Below, in pieces: positions 19,723-27,749 of a stretch of 53,498 nucleotides of DNA. A program made the position numbers and the translations under genes. Within the stretch, counting starts at the first letter, position 1, and every line of letters begins with the position of its first letter. The stretch lies in the NCBI GenBank assembly GCA_037386205.1, contig JARRMH010000001.1, forward strand, positions 1-53,498, read 5' to 3'. The notes beneath the pieces are model-generated. The model was not told where the DNA came from. It did no database searches and saw only the letters and a program-made list of their open reading frames with translations. The stretch is from Woeseiaceae bacterium. Its GTDB lineage: Bacteria; Pseudomonadota; Gammaproteobacteria; Steroidobacterales; Woeseiaceae.

Positions 19723-22700
19723 GGCATACCGAGGTAGCGCTCCGCCGACCCGTAACGACCGTCGTCGTGTTCGTTGCACTGGCGCTCGTCGGTCTCATCG
19801 CCTCTCGCCTGCTGCCGCTCGAGAAATTCCCGGACATCGAGTTTCCCGGAATCTTCATACAGATCCCGTATGAGGGATCCACGCCCGAGGAAATCGAGCG
19901 TCTCATCACCCGCCCGGTCGAAGAGGCACTTGCCACCCTGCCCGGCGTCGAACGCATGTTCTCGACCTCGCGCGAGAACCAGGCCGAGATCTTCCTGCAG
20001 TTCGGCTGGGACCAGAGCATGGGCGCCAAGGGCATCGAGGCCCGCGCGAAAGTCGACGGCATCCGGCACCTGTTGCCCGACGACATCCGGCGCGTATTTA
20101 TCTTCACGGGCTCTCTGGGCGACCAGCCGGTCCTGCAGCTGCGCATCTCGAGCGAGCGCGACCTGTCGGGCAGCTATGACCTGCTCGATCGCGTCCTCAA
20201 GCGGCGCCTGGAACGCCTCGAAGGCGTATCTCGCGTCGAGCTGGCCGGCGTCGAACCGCGCGAGATTCGTATTCTCATGAAGCCCGACCTGCTGGCGGCC
20301 TACGGCGTCGACGTCGCGGGCGTCCGCGACATGCTGCTGACGAGCAACTTTGCGGTCAGCGCCGGCAAGATCACCGCGGGCGGCGAGCGTTTGAGCGTTC
20401 GCCCGAGCGGTGAATTCAAGTCGGTCGAGGAGATTCGCAACCTGGTCATCAATTCGAGCGGCCTGCGGCTCCGGGACGTCGCCGACGTCGAACTGCGATC
20501 GCCCGAACGCGATTACGGCCGTCATCTCGATGGCGATTATGCGATCGGCGTCGCCGTCAACAAAACGACCGGCACCAACCTCGTCGACGTAACCGATCGC
20601 GTGATCGCGGAGGTCGAGAAAATCGGGGACCTCCCGCAGATGCAGGGGATCAATATTTTCCCGCTCGACAACCAGGGCGACAGCGTGCGCGAGTCGCTGT
20701 CCGATCTGCTGAACGCCGGGCTGCTGGGCGGATTGCTCGCGATTATCGTGCTGTACCTTTTCCTGCGCCAGGTCACGACGACACTGATCGTCATTGCATC
20801 GATTCCGTTTTCTTTGCTAATTACCCTCGGCGCGCTCTACTTCGCCGGGCTCACGCTCAATATCCTGTCGATGATGGGACTGATGCTCGCGGTCGGGATG
20901 CTCGTTGACAATGCGGTCGTCGTCACCGAGAGCATTTTTCGGCACCGCGCCGAAGAGCCCGACCGTCCATTCGAGGCCACGCTCAAAGGTGTCAACGAAG
21001 TCGGCATTGCCGTCATTGCCGGCACGATGACGACGATCATCGTGTTCGCGCCGATCGTCTTCGGCGCGCAGACCGACATCACGATCTTCCTCACGCACGT
21101 TGCGGTCACGATCATCGTCGCTTTGCTGGCGTCCCTGCTGATCGCCCAGACTCTCGTACCGATGCTTGCCGCGCGCATCGAAGTACCGCCGCAGCCGAAG
21201 AAGGGCGCCCTGATCCAACGGCTCACCGACCGTTACGTACGCGCACTCGAATGGATCATTGGCCACCGCTGGTGGACGGCTCTCGGTATCGTCCTGATCT
21301 GTGTCATCGGCGTGCTGCCGAACGCCCTGCAACTGGTGAAGTTCGATATGTTCCCGCAGGACGTCGGCAGACGGCTGTTCATGCCTTACCACGTCGAAGG
21401 CGAATACCCGCTGGAGCGGGTCGAGGCCGCCGTGACGAAGATCGAGGAGTTCCTCTACTCCCGGCAGGAAGAGCTCAACATCCGGTCGGTCTACAGCTAT
21501 TTCGAAGGGGGGTTCGCGCAATCGACCATCCTGCTGACCGATGACGACGACGCCACGCTGTCGACGCGCGAGATTATCGAGCGCATCGAGAAGGACATGC
21601 CCGAGATTGCAATCGGCGAACCCAGCTTCCAGTTCGACCAGCAGGGCGGCGGCGACGGCTTTTCGATACAGGTCAGCGGCGATTCGACCGAAACGCTGAA
21701 CAGGCTGAGTATCGATATTGCCCGCGCGCTCAGCAGCGTGGATGGCCTCAAGGACGTGCGCAGCGATGCCGAAGAAGGCGAACGCGAGATCCGGGTCATT
21801 GTCGACCGCACGCGCGCCGCGAACGCAGGATTGACCTCGGGGGACATCGGCCAGACCATTGCCGTGGCGATGCGCGGCGAGAACCTGCGCGAGTTCCGCG
21901 ATGACTCGGGCGAGATCGAGGTCCGCATCGCGTTTCGCGAAGACGACAAACAGAGCGTCGAGCAGCTTGCCGACTTGCCGCTTTACACACCCGACGGCCG
22001 GCGCATTACGCTGGGCAGCGTAGCCAGAATGCATATCGGCAAGGCGCCCGATACGATCCGCCGAACCGATCGCCAGACAGCGGTGATCATTAACGCAAAC
22101 TTCGAAGAGGACGTCAGCGCCGAGGATGTCCGGCCGCGCGTGCAGAGCATGATGGAGCAGATCGAGCTGCCCCCCGGTTACAGCTGGAAAGAAGGGCGCG
22201 GCTTCGAACGCCAGGACGAGACGGCCGGCATGATGGCGACCAATATCGTGCTGGGCGTCGCCTGCATTTTTTTGGTGATGGCCGCGCTGTTCGAATCGCT
22301 GTTACTGCCGTTCTCGATTATCCTCGGTTCGATCGTGTTTTCGATCTTCGGCGTATTCCTGTTTTTCGCCGCGACCGGAACGACCTTCTCGTTCATGGCC
22401 ATGATCGGCATCATGATCCTGATCGGAGTCGTCGTGAACAACGGCATTGTGCTCGTCGATCACGTCAACAACCTGCGCATCGCGGGGATGCCGCGCGACC
22501 GCGCGATCGTGCTCGCCGGGCGGGACCGGCTGCGGCCCATCCTGATGACCGTGGCGACGACGATCGTCGGGCTTACTCCCCTCGCCATGGGCACGACCCA
22601 GATCGGGGGCGACGGGCCGCCTTACTATCCCATGGCGAGGGCCATCATCGGCGGTCTGGCGTTCTCGACCGTCGTGTCACTGCTGGTCGTGCCGGCCCTG

Positions 22701-22814
22701 TACATCTATTTCGACAGCCTCGCGGCCTGGGGGCGCAAGGTCATGCGCACCGCCAGGAGCCCGAAGAGCAAGAGCAAACCGGCGGAACCGCCGCCCGAAT
22801 TGACGACGACCTGA
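19719..22814 (+). CDS. efflux RND permease (AcrB/AcrD/AcrF family), copy 2
   Basis: 1031 aa with an ATGA overlap with copy 1. TM4 reads GMLVDNAVVVTES and TM10 reads GVVVNNGIVLVD. Confidence 0.95.
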   Translation: MRHTEVALRRPVTTVVVFVALALVGLIASRLLPLEKFPDIEFPGIFIQIPYEGSTPEEIERLITRPVEEALATLPGVERMFSTSRENQAEIFLQFGWDQSMGAKGIEARAKVDGIRHLLPDDIRRVFIFTGSLGDQPVLQLRISSERDLSGSYDLLDRVLKRRLERLEGVSRVELAGVEPREIRILMKPDLLAAYGVDVAGVRDMLLTSNFAVSAGKITAGGERLSVRPSGEFKSVEEIRNLVINSSGLRLRDVADVELRSPERDYGRHLDGDYAIGVAVNKTTGTNLVDVTDRVIAEVEKIGDLPQMQGINIFPLDNQGDSVRESLSDLLNAGLLGGLLAIIVLYLFLRQVTTTLIVIASIPFSLLITLGALYFAGLTLNILSMMGLMLAVGMLVDNAVVVTESIFRHRAEEPDRPFEATLKGVNEVGIAVIAGTMTTIIVFAPIVFGAQTDITIFLTHVAVTIIVALLASLLIAQTLVPMLAARIEVPPQPKKGALIQRLTDRYVRALEWIIGHRWWTALGIVLICVIGVLPNALQLVKFDMFPQDVGRRLFMPYHVEGEYPLERVEAAVTKIEEFLYSRQEELNIRSVYSYFEGGFAQSTILLTDDDDATLSTREIIERIEKDMPEIAIGEPSFQFDQQGGGDGFSIQVSGDSTETLNRLSIDIARALSSVDGLKDVRSDAEEGEREIRVIVDRTRAANAGLTSGDIGQTIAVAMRGENLREFRDDSGEIEVRIAFREDDKQSVEQLADLPLYTPDGRRITLGSVARMHIGKAPDTIRRTDRQTAVIINANFEEDVSAEDVRPRVQSMMEQIELPPGYSWKEGRGFERQDETAGMMATNIVLGVACIFLVMAALFESLLLPFSIILGSIVFSIFGVFLFFAATGTTFSFMAMIGIMILIGVVVNNGIVLVDHVNNLRIAGMPRDRAIVLAGRDRLRPILMTVATTIVGLTPLAMGTTQIGGDGPPYYPMARAIIGGLAFSTVVSLLVVPALYIYFDSLAAWGRKVMRTARSPKSKSKPAEPPPELTTT

Positions 22815-23407
22815 GTCTCGCCCGTACTGGCGTCCCGCGTCGAATCCTCGAGCGGCAGATACGACAGGTCGACGGCCTCCTCCGGCCCGATGCTGGCGAG
22901 CCAGGCGTTGGTGTCGGCATCGTACAACTCGATCAGGATGTCATAGCTGCCCGTGGGATAACCGGAGACGAGTTCGGTCTCGACCGTGTAATCATCGGTC
23001 CCGGACGTGCCGAACAACGTGAAGTCGTCCGTTTCGGCATATTCGTTCCACGGTCCGTACTCGTAACTGAGGTAAAGCACGGCATAGACATCGGCGACGG
23101 CATAGTGCGTATCGGCGTCGAAAAGGATGTCGAGGCCAAAGAAGTAGCCGTCCCGATCGAAATCCGAAAACAGGCTGACATCGACATCGTAAAACCAGAA
23201 GTTCGGATCCACGGACTGCCCGATCCTGGCCGTTCGCTGCTGCACGTCCTCATCCTTGGTTGCAGCCGTGGCGTCATCGAGCACGAGTGGCTGGTGCTCG
23301 CTGTACGTGTCGTTGCTCAGGCTTTGCCTGGGTTCGGTGCCCGTGTCCGCTGCGGCGGCGCCTGCGAGCAGGAGTGCGGATAACAAAGTGTGGGAAACAA
23401 GTCTCAT
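22706..23407 (-). CDS. secreted acidic protein with GlyGly-CTERM-like sorting tail
   Basis: Signal peptide MRLVSHTLLSALLLAGAAAAD. C-terminus NSGGGSAGLLLLFGLLAVRMTLR (Gly-rich, hydrophobic helix, then basic). The track's 28-aa N-terminal extension is rejected. Confidence 0.7.
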   Translation of the reverse strand: MRLVSHTLLSALLLAGAAAADTGTEPRQSLSNDTYSEHQPLVLDDATAATKDEDVQQRTARIGQSVDPNFWFYDVDVSLFSDFDRDGYFFGLDILFDADTHYAVADVYAVLYLSYEYGPWNEYAETDDFTLFGTSGTDDYTVETELVSGYPTGSYDILIELYDADTNAWLASIGPEEAVDLSYLPLEDSTRDASTGETQVVVNSGGGSAGLLLLFGLLAVRMTLRPQAARLSK

Positions 23408-23574
23408 GCCGGTGTCCTCCTGGTGGCCTACGCGTCCAGTTAGCCATCGGCACACTGAATTGACGCTGAACCACTGGACACAGCGCCGCACGCGCGCGCG
23501 GACATTCAGCCCGCGTTCAGCTCAGGGAGACAGGTTTGCTGTTTTCGTGCCGGGGCGCAGCCCTGGCGGATGGG

Positions 23575-24018
23575 TCAGACGTCGCCCGCGGTGAGCCCCG
23601 CGATCTGTGCCGGCGTGACGTTCAGCGCGTTGACGACATTGTTGAAAAAGTCGACCTCGAGCGCGCTGACCGTGAGGTCGCTGCGGAATACGTCGGTCAG
23701 GGCCTGGACGATCTGACTGCATTGCGCCTCGCTCAATTCCTTCTCGACCCGACGCAGGTACTTGACCAGCGTTGCCTCGGCATACAGTTCAGCACGTGCC
23801 GCGACACGGATGTCCGCCTTGCTGAATTCCCTGCCGGTATGCTTCTTGAGGATTTCCTGGATGATGTCGACTTCTGCGGCCTGAATGCTGACGTCCGCGT
23901 TTGCAGCCCGCGCCAGAGTCATGAGCATGGATTCTTCGAACAGGTCCTTCTGACGACCTTCATCGACGCCGGAACCACCGAATACCTTGAGTACGTTCTT
24001 GAGGTCTGCAATTGCCAT
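23575..24018 (-). CDS. TerB-like (tellurite-resistance TerB / DjlA N-terminal fold) protein
   Basis: 147 aa, helical and acidic, with a TerB-like pattern (ADVSIQAAEVDIIQEIL.., SDLTVSALEVDFFNNVVNAL). The family call is tentative. Confidence 0.5.
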   Translation of the reverse strand: MAIADLKNVLKVFGGSGVDEGRQKDLFEESMLMTLARAANADVSIQAAEVDIIQEILKKHTGREFSKADIRVAARAELYAEATLVKYLRRVEKELSEAQCSQIVQALTDVFRSDLTVSALEVDFFNNVVNALNVTPAQIAGLTAGDV

Positions 24019-24125
24019 TATTCACTCGCTTTGGTTGTTGTATCGGGCCGAATTTCGAGGCGGCCGATTATGATAACCCACTCAATGTGCCGAATTGAAG
24101 GCAAATTTACTGCTTGAAAAATCGC

Positions 24126-24154
24126 TTGGAATTTATTGATTTCCCGGACATACT
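24126..24154 (+). promoter_or_regulatory. candidate sigma-70 promoter TTGGAA-N17-CATACT for the mini-ORF
   Basis: Read directly. It lies in an AT-rich tract about 35 nt upstream of the SD. Confidence 0.3.
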
Positions 24155-24187
24155 GACATCGGGCAAACAAACGAAAGGAGGTGATCC

Positions 24188-24268
24188 ATGTCTCGTGGGA
24201 TAACAAAGGTATCTGAAAAACCTGAAGGTCTGACGCGAAAGATGGAGCACCATTCGCCGCTCTCCTGA
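24188..24268 (+). CDS. unannotated 26-codon ORF (MSRGITKVSEKPEGLTRKMEHHSPLS)
   Basis: AAAGGAGGTGATCC immediately precedes the ATG, a 13-14 nt perfect complement to the 16S 3' end. A strong terminator follows 28 nt after the TGA. Too short for the ORF track. Confidence 0.4.
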   Translation: MSRGITKVSEKPEGLTRKMEHHSPLS

Positions 24269-24295
24269 CCCGTTTTTTCGATACTTGATTCCACG

Positions 24296-24324
24296 GAAAG
24301 CCGCAGCAATGCGGCTTTCTTTGT
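24296..24324 (+). terminator. intrinsic terminator, possibly shared by convergent genes
   Basis: Perfect 10-bp stem GAAAGCCGCA/TGCGGCTTTC with loop GCAA, followed by TTTGTT. It abuts the stop of the minus-strand desulfurase-like gene. Confidence 0.7.
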
Positions 24325-25572
24325 TCAGGCCCCTATGATTTTCGCCAGCGCGGCCAGCGTTTCATCGATCTCCCCGACACTGTTGTAATGCACCGGCCCG
24401 ACTCGAACCGCTCCGCCCGACTCGTAAATCCCGAGTGCCCGCGCTGCCTCGACGGCGTAATTATGGCCACTCCATACGAAAATGTTGTCGGCGGCCAGCT
24501 GTTCGGCGATCGCGGCGGATGCCAGTCGATCATGCGTAAAGGCGACAGTCGGTACGCGACGCGCGAGGGCCCCCGGATCGGTTATGCCGTGCACGGTGAT
24601 GCCATCGAGGTCGGTCAGTCCGTTCACCAGTCGCGCACTGAGCTTCTGCTCATAGTCGAACAGCAGTCCCATCGCGGCGCGCAGTGCGGATGGCCGGTCG
24701 GTCGCGCCCGCCATGGTCGTGCCGATCCAGGCGAAGTACTCGATGGCCGCGGTAATGCCGGCGCAACCTTCGTAACTCGGCGTCCCGGTTTCGAAGCTGC
24801 CCGGGTGTTTCGCCGGCGCCGGCCGCACACGATAGGGCTCGAGTTGAGCGAGCATGTCGCCACGGCCGTACAACACGCCCTGGTGCGGACCAAAAAACTT
24901 GTACGGTGAACACGCGAGAAAGTCGCAGCCGATCGCCCGGACGTCGGTGAGCACATGTGGCGCAGACTGCACGGCGTCGATGTAGCTCAACGCACCGGCC
25001 GATCGCGCGCGCTCGCACATCGCAGCGACGTCGTTGATCGTGCCCAGCAAATTGCTGGCGCCGCACACGCACACCAGGCGCGTCCGGTCCGTCAGCAGTT
25101 CGTCCAGCGCACCCGGTTCGAATTCGAACGTCTTCTCGTTGAAGGGCAGCCACCGTATCTCGAGTTCCAGGTCGCGCGCCAGCAGAACCCATGGCCAGAT
25201 ATTGGCGTCGTGATCCATGCGTGACACGATGATCTCGTCGCCCGGTCGCATCAGGCGGCCGATCGAGCGCGACACGTGCATCGTCAACGTCGTCATGTTC
25301 TGGCCGAAGATGATCTCGTCGGACGAGGCGGCGTTCAGGAAATCCGCCATCGCGGCCCGTGCGGCGGCAATCACCTCGCCCGCGGCGTGCGATGTGCGGA
25401 AATAGCCACCTCCGTTGGCGTTGGTCTCGAGAAGGCAGCCGGACATGGCTGCAGCCACTGTTGCCGGTACCTGGGTGCCCGCCGGGTTATCGAAGTAAAT
25501 GCGCCGCTTGCCGTCGTCGGTGGCAGCCAGCGCAGGGAACTGCGCGCGTACGGCATCGAGATCGAAGGTCAT
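24325..25572 (-). CDS. class V aminotransferase / cysteine desulfurase-like protein
   Basis: 415 aa with an SufS/CsdA-like pattern (FDNPAGTQVP, SRMDHDANI, SPYKFFGPHQG with the PLP lysine context). Confidence 0.85.
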   Translation of the reverse strand: MTFDLDAVRAQFPALAATDDGKRRIYFDNPAGTQVPATVAAAMSGCLLETNANGGGYFRTSHAAGEVIAAARAAMADFLNAASSDEIIFGQNMTTLTMHVSRSIGRLMRPGDEIIVSRMDHDANIWPWVLLARDLELEIRWLPFNEKTFEFEPGALDELLTDRTRLVCVCGASNLLGTINDVAAMCERARSAGALSYIDAVQSAPHVLTDVRAIGCDFLACSPYKFFGPHQGVLYGRGDMLAQLEPYRVRPAPAKHPGSFETGTPSYEGCAGITAAIEYFAWIGTTMAGATDRPSALRAAMGLLFDYEQKLSARLVNGLTDLDGITVHGITDPGALARRVPTVAFTHDRLASAAIAEQLAADNIFVWSGHNYAVEAARALGIYESGGAVRVGPVHYNSVGEIDETLAALAKIIGA

Positions 25573-25575
25573 CGT

Positions 25576-25782
25576 TCAGTCCTGGGGGTTGCCGCCCCAT
25601 TTTTCGCGATGCGCGTCCTCGGCTCGCTGGCGAACCTTGTGGTGGCGGCGTGTAAGCAGCAGCGAATCGGGGTCGCAAACCTCGGCCTTGATAATGCCGA
25701 GGTCGCTGGCCGCATCGAACAGGCTCGGATACCAGCGTTCCCAGTTGGGTAACATGGCTTCGACTTTTTCGCGCAGGCTCAT
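25576..25782 (-). CDS. hypothetical 68-aa protein
   Basis: Starts at MSLREKVEAMLPNWERWYP with GC3-rich codon usage and sits 3 nt upstream of the desulfurase-like gene. No family recognised. Confidence 0.45.
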   Translation of the reverse strand: MSLREKVEAMLPNWERWYPSLFDAASDLGIIKAEVCDPDSLLLTRRHHKVRQRAEDAHREKWGGNPQD

Positions 25783-25829
25783 TGGCGCAATGTAACCGAG
25801 CGCCTGCGGCAAGACAATGACGGGTGTCG

Positions 25830-26168
25830 CTAATCTTCGAGCGTACGCAGGCCCACCAGTATCGTGGCCAGCAGCATGGCGCCCAGTACCAGCATGGGCA
25901 GCTGCGGCACGACGGCATCGCTGACTCTCAGGATGTCCTCGGGAATCAGGGTCGTCAGCCCGGCGACGACCCGGACCATCTCGGTCATCGGCTTGAATGC
26001 GATGAGCCCGCCTATCAGGGTCGCGACCGGCAGCGCCAGCCGGCGCAGCCATATCCTGCGCCGGACCTTTTTGACGATCTGCGCACTGAATCCATCGTCC
26101 GCGATCGGCTCCGATGCAAACATCGAGTCGAGCATGCGGTCCTTCTCGTCTTTGATGTGCTCAGCCAT
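25830..26168 (-). CDS. putative membrane anti-sigma factor (two TM segments)
   Basis: Start MAEHIKDEK overlaps the sigma stop by 8 nt (ATGGCTGA). Two hydrophobic helices. No zinc HxxxCxxC motif, so the role is inferred from position only. Confidence 0.55.
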   Translation of the reverse strand: MAEHIKDEKDRMLDSMFASEPIADDGFSAQIVKKVRRRIWLRRLALPVATLIGGLIAFKPMTEMVRVVAGLTTLIPEDILRVSDAVVPQLPMLVLGAMLLATILVGLRTLED

Positions 26169-26712
26169 GTTGATGATCTTCGATGTCAAAACTCGTCCTG
26201 ATCTTTTCTTTACCACGAAATATCACCGATTTCACGGTCCCCACCGGCATACCCATCGATTCGCTGATCTCCCGGTGCGACAAACCACAGGCGTACGACA
26301 TAACCATGATTGCGCGCTCCTCTTCGGTCAGCACCGCGAGGAAGCGCTCCAGGTCGCCGACCTCCTCGGACTGGCTCGCATAAGCGGGGACGTCGTTCGC
26401 AGTGGCGTGCCCGACCTGCTCCAGGATTTCGCCATAACGTTTCGACTTCCGCTTCGATTGCAGGAACGTCGTGTACGCAACCTTGAGCAGCCAACCGATG
26501 AACGACCCTTTGCCGGAGTAGGTCTGCAATTTGTCCCACGCGTGCATGAAACAGTCCTGTGCCAGGTCGTCCGCCAGCGTGTAGTCGCCCGTCAATTTAC
26601 GCAGGAAATTGCGCACGTGTGACTGGTGCCGGCGAACCAACTCGCCGAAGGCACGCGTATCCTGTCCCGATACGACCCTCGCGACGAGCTGGTGATCGGC
26701 GGTCTGGCTCAA
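26161..26712 (-). CDS. ECF-type RNA polymerase sigma factor
   Basis: Region 2 (LADDLAQDCFMHAWDKL) and region 4.2 HTH (GLSHREISESMGMPVGTVKS). Confidence 0.9.
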   Translation of the reverse strand: MSQTADHQLVARVVSGQDTRAFGELVRRHQSHVRNFLRKLTGDYTLADDLAQDCFMHAWDKLQTYSGKGSFIGWLLKVAYTTFLQSKRKSKRYGEILEQVGHATANDVPAYASQSEEVGDLERFLAVLTEEERAIMVMSYACGLSHREISESMGMPVGTVKSVIFRGKEKIRTSFDIEDHQHG

Positions 26713-26718
26713 GGACTA

Positions 26719-27087
26719 TTACTCCGTGTCCCTGCCCGTGAAGTAATAGATGAGCAGGTAGCCGAGCCCGATCGCGAGCGGCAGGGCTGCCGCTGCGAGC
26801 GTGCCTTGCAGCGCCTCGACTGCGAATTCGCCGACACCGAGCGCGACGAGCCCGAGGCCGACCGCGATCGAGATCCAGATAATACCGAGCCGCAGGTCCT
26901 TGTACTTGCCGCCACCCGACTGTCCGAGTCGATCGATGATCTCGGGCGACAGCTCCTGTCCCTTGTCGAGGGCGAGGCGAATCGTCTCGTTCATGCTTTC
27001 GCGGCTGCGATAGCGGAACCAGAAGAGAAAAATCAGCACCGCGGCCAGGCTGATAAACATGACGATAGGAATGAGTTCTTCTGCCAT
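26719..27087 (-). CDS. small multi-TM membrane protein, DUF6249-like
   Basis: 122 aa with about 3-4 TM helices and 6 nt of spacing to the ECF sigma gene. The family name is from memory of similar ECF-linked proteins. Confidence 0.55.
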   Translation of the reverse strand: MAEELIPIVMFISLAAVLIFLFWFRYRSRESMNETIRLALDKGQELSPEIIDRLGQSGGGKYKDLRLGIIWISIAVGLGLVALGVGEFAVEALQGTLAAAALPLAIGLGYLLIYYFTGRDTE

Positions 27088-27384
27088 TTGGAGGTCTCCC
27101 CAATGTGTTAAACAGGTTTGCTTTCACCCTATAGATGCATGCCGGGACCGGGTTGGATGCATTTTGTAATGTGTTGTTTTTTAGAGAGATTTTATTTCGA
27201 GCGCCGGGCCCTTGCCGGGTCACGGCAAACAAACGGGCCGGATCCGCAGTGTTTCTTTATGAACCTCTGCCCGGGGAAGTGCAAGCAGATGCGTTGAGCC
27301 CGACAGGAAATGCGCTTGCCGCCCATCGGCCCGGCGTCGGCGCGCGACCTCGTATTGACCTGGAACGGCGCGCCCGCCCTCGAT

Positions 27385-27726
27385 TCAAACGTCGAGCAGG
27401 CTACCGTCGAACCAGGCCTTCTGATGCGCCCTTTGGTCTGTCTGGAAGCGAAATCCCGGTGGCAGGGCCAGGTAGGGAAGAATGTTCGGCACGTAGTCGG
27501 TTACGTAGCGGACCTGGATCGGGGTGAAGAAGTCCGCGGCCTCCGACATTTCGTCGCCTCCCCAGACATACCAGCCGGACCCGCCTTCTGCGGGCAGATA
27601 GCGCAACCCGTTGAGCGGCATCGTGCGCAGCGTATCCAGCGCGAGGCTGATCATGTCGTCCGGAAGCGGCTGCCGCGGATCGACATTCGGAATCTCGATG
27701 GTGCCGATCGATGTCGAGAGGTACAT
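27385..27726 (-). CDS. 113-aa cytoplasmic protein, Imm33/DUF2185-like (tentative)
   Basis: AAGGAGGAG SD upstream of ATG 27726. The motif GSGWYVWGGDE....YLALPPGFRF is reminiscent of the DUF2185/Imm33 family. It is only the tail of track ORF 27385..28134. Confidence 0.55.
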   Translation of the reverse strand: MYLSTSIGTIEIPNVDPRQPLPDDMISLALDTLRTMPLNGLRYLPAEGGSGWYVWGGDEMSEAADFFTPIQVRYVTDYVPNILPYLALPPGFRFQTDQRAHQKAWFDGSLLDV

Positions 27727-27749
27727 TGGCGGGGACTCCTCCTTGAGAC

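Noticed and set aside
24176-24190. A 13-14 nt exact match to the complement of the 16S rRNA 3' end, considered as a possible rRNA gene fragment.
   Set aside because: On the minus strand only GGATCACCTCCTTT matches, and the flanking sequence does not resemble the helix-45 region of 16S. It is better explained as an unusually long Shine-Dalgarno sequence for the mini-ORF.
27088-27384. The 297-nt intergenic region upstream of the ECF module, examined for an sRNA, riboswitch or terminator. Plus-strand ORFs 27135..27527 and 27310..28242 were also considered.
   Set aside because: I found only weak 4-5 bp stems. The plus-strand ORFs overlap well-supported minus-strand genes and have no motifs. Only a low-confidence ECF-type promoter and duplicated GATGCAT motifs remain, and these are reported within the ECF finding.
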